From: Nostoc sp. DedSLP01
GTDB lineage: Bacteria > Cyanobacteriota > Cyanobacteriia > Cyanobacteriales > Nostocaceae
Reading direction: 5' to 3'
Assembly (NCBI GenBank): GCA_034530875.2
Contig: JAVRCJ020000026.1
Coordinates: 42,672-106,671, forward strand
Length of the DNA stretch: 64,000 nucleotides
A program made the translations under genes and the position numbers. Position 1 is the stretch's first letter; every line of letters begins with the position of its first letter. Of the stretch, positions 9,883 to 18,211 are shown in pieces. Under the pieces are notes generated by a model. That model was not told where the DNA came from, ran no database searches, and saw only the letters and a program-made list of their open reading frames with translations.

Positions 9883-12855
9883 GTGTTTCCTAAAAGGGTG
9901 CAAAGCTACATTAACAAAACCAACATCAAACAAGAACAAATAGAACAGGATGAAACAGTATTCGATCGACAAGCTCAATTCACAGGAAAAAAGCAGGCAA
10001 GAGAATTAACAAAACTATTGATGCGGCTGAAACTCGAAACTAAAAAAAGTCAGGCTGCTGAAGTACAGTTACGCCAAAAAACATCAGAATTGGCAGCTAT
10101 TTTGCAGGTAATTCCCGACTGGTTTTTTCGGATTGATTCTCGTGGAACTATCCTGGATTATCAGCCAGGAAAAATGCCAAGTCAGTATATTGCACAAGAA
10201 ATTGAACGGAGTAAAAATTTACCAGAATGCTTATTAGGCGGTGTAGGCGATCGCTTATACCATGCCATCGCTCAAGTGCTGGCAACTCAAAATGAAGTCA
10301 GTTTTGAATATAGCTTACCCCTATCATCGGGAAATCGTCACTTTGAAGCTAGATTATTACCATTACCAGAGCAACAAATTATAGTTCTTGTCCGCGAAAA
10401 CGAGGACAAAGTACAAGCTGCATTGGTCGAAAGAAATACTAAGTTTCGTACTATCATCGAAAATGCTAACAACATTATTTTTGAGTTGACGGTTGAGGGG
10501 ATATTTTCTTATGTTTCTCCGAACTGGACTGATATTTTAGGGCATGAGGTTGCCGAAGTGGAAGGCAAATCCTTTACAGTGTTTCTACATCCTGACGATG
10601 TGCAATTGTGTATAGATTATTTACAAACAGTTGTAACAACAGGCGAAAAACAAGACCCAATCGAATATCGGCTAAAACACAAAAATGGCGGCTGGCGATG
10701 GCATACAAGCAATGCATCTGCTAATAGAGACGGGTTAGGCAATGTTTTAAACTTTGTTGGTATTTGTTATGACACCACTGACCGCAAACAAGCAGAAGAA
10801 GCACTAGCAGAACGCGTGCGTTTAGCAAATTTTCGTGCTGATGTGGATGCAGCTCTAACTAAGAGTGACACCTTAGAAAACATGATGCGCGGTTGCACTG
10901 AGGCTTTAGTTCAACATCTCGACGCAGCCTTCGCTCGGATTTGGACGCTCAACAAACAGGAAAATGTACTAGAGTTGCAAGTCAGTTCTGGAATTTACAC
11001 TCATACTAATGGGTCTCATAGACGCGTGCCAGTTGGGGAATTAAAAATTGGTGCGATTGCCCAACAAGGCAAACCTCACTTCACTAACTCCGTGCAGACA
11101 GATCCCTACATAGCTAACAAAGAGTGGGTACAGCGACAAGGTATGGTTGCTTTTGCTGGCTATCCGCTGATTGTTGAAGATGAAACTGTAGGGGTGATAG
11201 CGATGTTTGCCCGCCAAGCCCTAGCAGAATCAACTTTTAAATCATTGGAATTTGCCGCCCAAGAAATTGCCATTGGCATCAAGCGCAAACAAACAGAAAT
11301 TGCACTCAGAGAAAGCGTCCAGCGGGAAACATTACTCAATCGCCTTTCTGGCCAAATTCGAGCATCTCTAGATCTCAATTACATTGTGGAAACTGCTGTG
11401 CGGGAGATTCACAATTTATTTCAAATAGACCGCTGCGCCTTCTTTTGGTATCGACAAAATGCCCCGATGCCCTACTGGGAGAGAGTATATGAGGCGAAAA
11501 GTTCGTTTTTACCATGTCTGTTGAAGGAGCAAGGAAATAATGCAGAAATTGAACTCATCGCCAGCAAAACTTTGAATAAAGAAATCATCTGCATAGATGA
11601 TGTGAAGACTGTGGGCTATGGCACTGCACGGCAGTTTTTGAATGATTTCGGTTTCACTGCTTTTATGTCGCTGCCCGTACATACCAAATCTGGAGAAATT
11701 GGTGCTTTTAGTTGTGGTTATTGTAATGGCTCTCGGCGTTGGTTAGACAACGAAGTAGAATTACTCCAAGCAGTTACAGATCAAATAGCGATCGCTATCG
11801 ATCAAGCCAAACTTTATCATCAAAGTCGCATCGCCGCCCAAACTGCCCAAGACAAAGCCCAGCAGCTAGAAGCAACGCTCTTAGAACTCCAACAAACCCA
11901 AGCGCAACTGATTCACACTGAAAAAATGTCTAGTTTGGGACAGTTGGTAGCGGGAATTGCCCACGAAATCAATAACCCCGTCAATTTTATTTATGGCAAT
12001 ATTAGCCACGCCGCTGGATATATCGAAGATTTGCTGTACTTAATAGAACTTTATCACCAACATTACTGCCCAGTACCACCAGAAATTCAGCAACAAATCC
12101 ACACCATTGATTTAGATTTTCTCAAACAAGACTTGCCCAAAATCCTCAACTCTATTAACTTAGGAGCCGAACGCATTCGGCACATTGTCCTATCTTTACG
12201 CAATTTCTCTCGTCTTGATGAAGACGGTATGAAACCAGCAGACATTCATGAAGGTTTGGATAACACCTTACTACTATTACAAAATCGTTTAAAAGCCAAA
12301 CCAGGACATCCCGAAATCCAAGTAATTAAAGAGTACGGCAACCTGCCACGAGTAGTGTGTCACGCCGGACAAATGAATCAGGTATTTATGAATCTGTTAA
12401 CAAATGCGATCGATGTGTTAGAAGAGTCATTTGTCATTAATCATTTGCCATTAGTAAACAACTCTCAACCAAAGACTAACGACCGAGCGCAAAGTCTGAG
12501 CGGAGGTTTCCTCCGTTCCCCGAAGGGGTTGCCGTTGGCGAAGCCTCTCGAAGAGAAGGCATCGGAACTTTGTAAGAGAGGAGTAATGACTTCTCCCACA
12601 ATTCGCATCCGCACCCTCATCGAAAACAATTGTGTAATTATTCGCATTGCTGACAATGGTACGGGGATGACTGAGGAAGTACGCAAACGCTTATTTGACC
12701 CGTTTTTCACTACCAAACCTGTGGGTAAAGGCACTGGCATGGGTTTATCAATTAGTTACCAGATTGTTGTCAAAAAACACGATGGTCAACTTGAGTGTAT
12801 TTCAGCACCGGGAGAAGGTGCCGAGTTTGCGATCGCCATCCCACTCAAGCAGTAA
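9883..12855 (+). CDS. PAS/PAS/GAF/GAF sensor histidine kinase
   Basis: PAS (YVSPNW...LHPDD...EYRL), two GAF-like regions, H-box AGIAHEINNP, N-box QVFMNLLTNA, DNGTG, FDPFFTTKPVGKGTGMGL. Confidence 0.92.
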   Translation: MFPKRVQSYINKTNIKQEQIEQDETVFDRQAQFTGKKQARELTKLLMRLKLETKKSQAAEVQLRQKTSELAAILQVIPDWFFRIDSRGTILDYQPGKMPSQYIAQEIERSKNLPECLLGGVGDRLYHAIAQVLATQNEVSFEYSLPLSSGNRHFEARLLPLPEQQIIVLVRENEDKVQAALVERNTKFRTIIENANNIIFELTVEGIFSYVSPNWTDILGHEVAEVEGKSFTVFLHPDDVQLCIDYLQTVVTTGEKQDPIEYRLKHKNGGWRWHTSNASANRDGLGNVLNFVGICYDTTDRKQAEEALAERVRLANFRADVDAALTKSDTLENMMRGCTEALVQHLDAAFARIWTLNKQENVLELQVSSGIYTHTNGSHRRVPVGELKIGAIAQQGKPHFTNSVQTDPYIANKEWVQRQGMVAFAGYPLIVEDETVGVIAMFARQALAESTFKSLEFAAQEIAIGIKRKQTEIALRESVQRETLLNRLSGQIRASLDLNYIVETAVREIHNLFQIDRCAFFWYRQNAPMPYWERVYEAKSSFLPCLLKEQGNNAEIELIASKTLNKEIICIDDVKTVGYGTARQFLNDFGFTAFMSLPVHTKSGEIGAFSCGYCNGSRRWLDNEVELLQAVTDQIAIAIDQAKLYHQSRIAAQTAQDKAQQLEATLLELQQTQAQLIHTEKMSSLGQLVAGIAHEINNPVNFIYGNISHAAGYIEDLLYLIELYHQHYCPVPPEIQQQIHTIDLDFLKQDLPKILNSINLGAERIRHIVLSLRNFSRLDEDGMKPADIHEGLDNTLLLLQNRLKAKPGHPEIQVIKEYGNLPRVVCHAGQMNQVFMNLLTNAIDVLEESFVINHLPLVNNSQPKTNDRAQSLSGGFLRSPKGLPLAKPLEEKASELCKRGVMTSPTIRIRTLIENNCVIIRIADNGTGMTEEVRKRLFDPFFTTKPVGKGTGMGLSISYQIVVKKHDGQLECISAPGEGAEFAIAIPLKQ

Positions 12856-13061
12856 CCTTTGCCATTAATATAATCAATTATTAACCTTTTGTTAACCAAA
12901 TTTTAACTAAAAAGTTGTTAACTGAGATCAATTCACTTTTTGCTGCAACATTTAAACATCCCTCCAACAACTGTAAATTTACAGAAGTCAGGGGGGTTAT
13001 TTTTAACGAAGGCAGGAGGCAGAGGGCAGGATAGCGCAGCTAAGCCGTGTCCGCGAGCGTC

Positions 13062-13150
13062 GGCAGGAGGCCGTTTTTGTAACGAGGATTTATACCCCAT
13101 TCCAAATACTTTGGACGAAGTACGGTTTTTGACCCGATTGTTTCGATAAC
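13062..13150 (+). repeat. About 88-bp dispersed repeat, copy 2
   Basis: Direct repeat of 9440-9526. Confidence 0.85.
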
Positions 13151-13274
13151 AATATAAACTACAGCATAAATTGCGTCTGTACAAGAATCAATCTTTTTAC
13201 AGACAGCGATTTGTCACCTCAAGAAATGTACAAAAAAAATTCTGAATTCTGAGTTCTGTATTCTGTATTCTTCT

Positions 13275-14060
13275 TTAAAATTCCTGCTGTTGATAAACAA
13301 GATAAATAGCTTCTAAAAATACATCAGGCGTAAAAGCTTCTGGCAATTTTTCTAAATTAATAATAGCTTGAACTTCCTCTGCTAATTTTAAAGATAGTGA
13401 TGCTCTTGTTTTTAAAGACATTGCGCTACGTCGTTGTAAATACTCTCGAATCACAGCGAAATCATCCGGCAACAATTGGGATAAATTAGCAGTTTGTAGC
13501 AATTCATCGTGGAGTTTATTTGCTTGCTCTGAAATTGTGAATTTGGCTGATGCATTGGCTGGTTCGGTCTGAATCACAATTGTACCGGCAGCCATATCAC
13601 CCAAGCGCTTTTCGCGGCTACCCAACATAATTAAAAAAGCGCCAATAAATAAAGTTTCATCAAATGGTCGCAATAAAGCACGTAATGTTGCTTGCTGTAG
13701 TCCGATGAGTCTGCCATCATCTCTAACTACGCGAATTTTAGCAATGCGTTTTCCAGGTGTTTGCCCAAACCATAAAGTTTCAAAAAATACAAAATAACCA
13801 ATGTAAATTGCAAAGGCAATAAATAAGAAAATTGCTACTAACCAAAGTCCTATATGCCGAGCATTTGTAATCAAGCCTTCGACAAAATTAAACACTTGTG
13901 TTGAGAAGAAACTCCAGGCAAGCACAAATAGTAGCAAACTGATACCTAACACTGTATAGTCAACCGCCAGTGCTAATGCTCGATTGCCGATTCCTGCTAA
14001 AGTGAATTCTAGTTCTACACTTTCTGGAGTTTGGAAGGAGATGCGATTAAAAAAGCGCAT
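13275..14060 (-). CDS. RDD family membrane protein
   Basis: TPESVELEFTLAGIGNRALALAVD, GQTPGKR and KRLGDMAAGT. Confidence 0.9.
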   Translation of the reverse strand: MRFFNRISFQTPESVELEFTLAGIGNRALALAVDYTVLGISLLLFVLAWSFFSTQVFNFVEGLITNARHIGLWLVAIFLFIAFAIYIGYFVFFETLWFGQTPGKRIAKIRVVRDDGRLIGLQQATLRALLRPFDETLFIGAFLIMLGSREKRLGDMAAGTIVIQTEPANASAKFTISEQANKLHDELLQTANLSQLLPDDFAVIREYLQRRSAMSLKTRASLSLKLAEEVQAIINLEKLPEAFTPDVFLEAIYLVYQQQEF

Positions 14061-14117
14061 ATATGAACTAACGAAAAATTAATAAAGTTGAATTCAGGTA
14101 TTGAGTTAGTGAAAATC

Positions 14118-14951
14118 CTACGCCGGAGGTTGTCGTAACTGCAAACCCAAACCTTCACGCCGACTACGCAAATCAAAGTATAAAACAGCTTTCAAGGCTT
14201 GCCAAAATGGCATGATCAAAACTCCACCAATTAAGCTACCAATCCAAGAAATAATATACACAATTGAGTAGATAGCAGAGCCTTCCTCAAGTTTTAAAAG
14301 AAAGAAGCTCGGTATATAATTTAATACAGCTATTAGTGGGAATGTGACGATAAAACCAACTAAAACAACGCCTTGAATGCGAAATACTGAAGCTTTAGTT
14401 AACTCCCAACTTCTGTCAATACTTTCGCCACCATTAATATTTTCCTCAACTGCTAGGGGAACTTCAGCAACAATCCAACGTGAATAAAACCAGCTTAATC
14501 CCAACAGCACGATCGCCACAGTTACAATTATTCCCAATGTGGTTGCGACTATAACGCCCGAACGGCCTAATATCCCTCCAAAAACTATTCCTACCAAGCC
14601 AGCGAAGATAAAACCAACAATCGCTAATCCAAAATAAATTGCCAGTAAAGATAACCCGACTTGCAAAGCAACTCTGAAAAATGACCACAAACGAGGATTA
14701 ATATGACTGTTGGCACTTTGGACGCTTTCAGGCTGGTAAACTAATTCTCCAAAAGCCAAACGTGAAATTAATCCAGAAATGGCAGCGTATTTTGCCCAGC
14801 CATAAATCGGGACTATAATCCACAAGTGAGCGATCGCAGCTAAATTTAGATAAGTCTTGAGATGAGAACGATACAATCGCACAGCTGCACTGACAACGTT
14901 ACCGATACTCAGTGGTTGTATGTGGCCTGGAGATCCAAAATTTTCAGACAT
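14118..14951 (-). CDS. Multi-pass membrane protein (DUF975/GPDPase membrane-domain-like)
   Basis: Several TM segments, SIDRSWELTK and C-terminal LYFDLRSRREGL. Confidence 0.7.
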   Translation of the reverse strand: MSENFGSPGHIQPLSIGNVVSAAVRLYRSHLKTYLNLAAIAHLWIIVPIYGWAKYAAISGLISRLAFGELVYQPESVQSANSHINPRLWSFFRVALQVGLSLLAIYFGLAIVGFIFAGLVGIVFGGILGRSGVIVATTLGIIVTVAIVLLGLSWFYSRWIVAEVPLAVEENINGGESIDRSWELTKASVFRIQGVVLVGFIVTFPLIAVLNYIPSFFLLKLEEGSAIYSIVYIISWIGSLIGGVLIMPFWQALKAVLYFDLRSRREGLGLQLRQPPA

Positions 14952-15031
14952 AATACCAAATTTCCCTTGAAAGTACGGATCTGAATTTGAGGCTATCTTA
15001 AGCTAAGTTAAAGTCAGTGTCCCCAAAATTC

Positions 15032-16030
15032 ATGAATATTCAACGTTGGATTGCACGACGAGAACCGAATTGGCAGCGTTTGGATGCCTTATTAAAGCAA
15101 GTAGAAAAACAAGGCTTGAAGTCTCTCCGGGCAGCCGAAATTAGAGAGTTAGCAAGCTTGTATCGTTCGGTAACGGCAGATTTAGCCCGCGCCCGCACCC
15201 AGAAAATCAGCAATACTTTGATACAAAGTTTACAATCTTTAACAAGCCGTGCTTATACGCAAATCTACCAAGGTTCGCGGCGGCAAGAATGGCAGGCAGT
15301 TATAGAATTTTACCGTTGGGGATTGCCATCTGTAGTGCAAAAAACATTTGGATATATTGCTGCGGCTACGGCGTTGTTTCTATTGGGTGCGCTAGTGGCT
15401 TGGTGGTATTCTTGGCAAAATCCTAGTTTCATGTCCTTAATCGTACCTGAAAGCTTGATTACCAAGGTGCGAGATGAGCATAAATTGTGGATGGGTTCAA
15501 TTGTTGGTATGGAACCTCTAGCATCCAGTGGGATTACAATTAATAACTTGTCGGTGTCTTTTGGGGCTGTGGCTGGTGGGATTACAGCTGGGATATACAC
15601 AGCCTATTTGATGGTATTTAATGGTTTATTAATTGGTGCCGTTGGTACTTTAGTTGGTCAAAATAATTTAGCGTATCCTTTTTGGGCATTTGTATTTCCG
15701 CATGGTTCCTTAGAATTGCCTGCGATATTTTTTGCTGGGGGCGCAGGATTTTTAATAGGAAGAGCAATTTTATTTCCTAGTAAATATCGCCGAGGAGATG
15801 CACTGAAATTTTATGGTAATCAGGCGGTGCAGTTAGTATTTGGGATTGTACCAATGTTGATGATTGCAGGGGCGATCGAAGGCTTCTTTTCGCCTAATCC
15901 GAGCATACCCGACCCGATTAAATATCTTGCAGGAATGGGATTGTTTATAGTTTTAGTAATGTATTGTAGTCGCAAGAAAATATCAGTAGAAGAATTGAGA
16001 ACTCAGAACTCAGGAGTCAGAATTCAGTAG
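15032..16030 (+). CDS. SpoIIM (DUF95) family membrane protein
   Basis: W.RL..LL N-terminus, LYR...DLARAR, PHGSLELPAI and AGAIEGFFSP; divergent from the RDD gene pair. Confidence 0.9.
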   Translation: MNIQRWIARREPNWQRLDALLKQVEKQGLKSLRAAEIRELASLYRSVTADLARARTQKISNTLIQSLQSLTSRAYTQIYQGSRRQEWQAVIEFYRWGLPSVVQKTFGYIAAATALFLLGALVAWWYSWQNPSFMSLIVPESLITKVRDEHKLWMGSIVGMEPLASSGITINNLSVSFGAVAGGITAGIYTAYLMVFNGLLIGAVGTLVGQNNLAYPFWAFVFPHGSLELPAIFFAGGAGFLIGRAILFPSKYRRGDALKFYGNQAVQLVFGIVPMLMIAGAIEGFFSPNPSIPDPIKYLAGMGLFIVLVMYCSRKKISVEELRTQNSGVRIQ

Positions 16031-16103
16031 GGTGTGTTAATGCTGGTGGTACGTCATCGTCAAAAATTCAAGGTGCGTTGTGCTGTGCGACAATGCACCC
16101 TAC
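16027..16103. repeat. GTAG-type REP-like palindromic element
   Basis: Inverted termini GTAGGGTG ... CACCCTAC with internal stems. Confidence 0.7.
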
Positions 16104-16296
16104 ATCTAAGAACCAAGGAAATTAAGAAATCAAATTATATTGCTAGAGTTTAAAATTTACAACTTGTATATCTGTTTGATTTTGGCTTGAATTATCAAGT
16201 TTAAGTATAGAAGCTGGATTAATTATAAATAATTAATTTTCGCAATTTATTTTGTTAAAATTGAGAGTGAAGTACACTTTTTGAATAAGTATAATC

Positions 16297-16680
16297 ATGG
16301 CAGAATTAACTATTCAAATACCTGATGAGTTGGCTCAACGTCTAGAACCTCTGCAAAATCGGTTACCTGAATTGCTGTTGCAACTCCTGGAAAATGAGAA
16401 GATACAAACAATTAGTCAGCCAACAGTTAAAACAGAGGTTATAGATATTCCAGCAGTTTATCAAGAAGTTCTTGATTTTTTAATTAAGCGTCCAACGCCA
16501 GAAGAAATTCTTGCTTTTAAAGTCTCAGCGCCAGCCCAAAGACAGCTACAAGAATTACTAGAAAAAAATCGCTCTACAACACTCACTGCAATGGAATTGG
16601 CAGAATTGGATGTTTACGAGCAATTAGAACATCTGATGCTTTTACTCAAGGCGCAAGCTTTAAAAGGCGAGATCGCTTAA
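16297..16680 (+). CDS. Small hypothetical protein, antitoxin-like
   Basis: MAELTIQIPDELAQRL looks like an RHH-type N-terminus; ends 1 nt before the HNH gene. Confidence 0.65.
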   Translation: MAELTIQIPDELAQRLEPLQNRLPELLLQLLENEKIQTISQPTVKTEVIDIPAVYQEVLDFLIKRPTPEEILAFKVSAPAQRQLQELLEKNRSTTLTAMELAELDVYEQLEHLMLLLKAQALKGEIA

Positions 16681-16681
16681 C

Positions 16682-17095
16682 ATGAGTTCTAATCCAATTT
16701 CTCGGGAACTTCGTCAGCTTGTCGTTAAAAAAGCTTCGGAACGGTGTGAATATTGCCTAATTCACCAAGATTTTTCAATTTATACCCATGAAGTAGACCA
16801 TATTATTGCGATAAAGCATGGGGGCGAAACTACAATCGAAAATTTGGCACTTTCATGTTTATCTTGCAATCGCCACAAAGGTTCTGATTTTGCGACTATA
16901 GATGCCATTACAGCAGAAATTGTGCCGTTGTTTAACCCTCGGCGTCAGGTTTGGGACGAACATTTCTATCTTGAAGGTGCAAGAATAGAGGGGAAAACTC
17001 AGATTGGTCAAGGGACTGCAAAGTTACTTCAGTTTAACCTTCCCAATCGTGTGCTTCAACGACAAGTTTTAATGAGTCAAGAACAGTATCCCTAA
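16682..17095 (+). CDS. HNH endonuclease
   Basis: CEYC...EVDHII...HGG...NLALSCLSCNRHKG. Confidence 0.92.
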   Translation: MSSNPISRELRQLVVKKASERCEYCLIHQDFSIYTHEVDHIIAIKHGGETTIENLALSCLSCNRHKGSDFATIDAITAEIVPLFNPRRQVWDEHFYLEGARIEGKTQIGQGTAKLLQFNLPNRVLQRQVLMSQEQYP

Positions 17096-17182
17096 GTAAA
17101 AGCGTGCAGTCCGCCGATTCATTTAAAGTTTATAAAAAACCTTCTAATTTTTATTGCCCACTTATCTTACTTCAGAAAAATA

Positions 17183-17794
17183 TTAACTATTAATAATCCC
17201 TACAAGTATTTTTACAAGTAACGATAAATCTTGTGGAACTTGATAGCGTTTATGGTCTTGAGTCACCTGACGATTTGCACGATGATAAACTCCAAAACGC
17301 CAGTCTTCACCTGTTGTAACTGCTCCATATAGAAGTTCAGATGCAGATTTAGTCCATGCGTCAAGTGCAATTAATTCAATTGCAAGTTGAGTAAATCCTC
17401 TAACTAAATCTGATTGTTTTGCTTCAATGACTAATAAATTTTGAGGCGCTGCAATATAATAGTCGAGAGTGCCTTTGAGATAATCGTTGATAGCAATAGA
17501 ATATTCTATATTAAGTCGTTGATTAGTTAAACTACAAACCTCAAACAAAATTGGGCCAATTAAAGCTTCACGTCTAGCAGTTTCATTAACTAAATCGATA
17601 TGAGATAAATTACGCTGCAACTGCTGTTGTAAAAACTGTAAATTAAAAAAATCTGAAGATTCGGGTAAAGTTAGATTCTTCCTTTCAAGAGTGCAATTTA
17701 AATCCGCTAAAATATCATCAATAGTAAAGGGCAATTCAAAATATCGGCTAAAAGTATAAGATTCACCAGCTTTGAGGATACGGCGGGAATTCAT
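17183..17794 (-). CDS. Hypothetical protein with a PD-(D/E)XK (HsdR N-terminal-like) fold
   Basis: E..RRE, G.LDY, VIEAK, QL and YGAVTTGEDWRF. Confidence 0.7.
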   Translation of the reverse strand: MNSRRILKAGESYTFSRYFELPFTIDDILADLNCTLERKNLTLPESSDFFNLQFLQQQLQRNLSHIDLVNETARREALIGPILFEVCSLTNQRLNIEYSIAINDYLKGTLDYYIAAPQNLLVIEAKQSDLVRGFTQLAIELIALDAWTKSASELLYGAVTTGEDWRFGVYHRANRQVTQDHKRYQVPQDLSLLVKILVGIINS

Positions 17795-17883
17795 AAAACA
17801 GCCAAGCCAAGTTGATTCTACTTAATTCTATACAAATTAGCTGAGGTGTTACGAGAAATCGGCAGATGTTTGCAACCCAGTCA

Positions 17884-18048
17884 GAGGTTGTTTGAAAAGT
17901 GTTTTGCTGTGATTTTAGGCACGTTTAGATCCCCCCCTAGCCCCCCCTTAAAAAGGGGGGAACTGGAATCAAAGTCCCCCTTTTTAAGGGGGATTTAGGG
18001 GGATCTAGAACTTTTCAATACCGACTAGAGGACTTTTCAAACATCCTC
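17884..18048. mobile_element. MITE (165 bp), probably derived from the IS5 family, IS1031 group
   Basis: 17-bp TIRs GAGGTTGTTTGAAAAGT / ACTTTTCAAACATCCTC (1 mismatch), TCA on both flanks (3-bp TNA target duplication), internal CCCCC..AAGGGGG hairpins and no ORF. Confidence 0.85.
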
Positions 18049-18211
18049 TCAGAGCTTGTTGATAAAGGGGAGCGATCGCTACTCTAGAAATAGGCACGAT
18101 TAAACATCACTTATTTTACTTTGCTTTGTGAAACCATTCCTAAATGTGGAGTGCTTTTCGGCTACTTTTCGGCTTATGATTTGAAGGCTATCGGACTTGT
18201 AGCCAGATCGA

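Noticed and set aside
9883..12855. Cyanobacteriochrome or phytochrome photoreceptor
   Set aside because: No recognisable bilin-binding Cys-His or DIP-type motif in the GAF regions.
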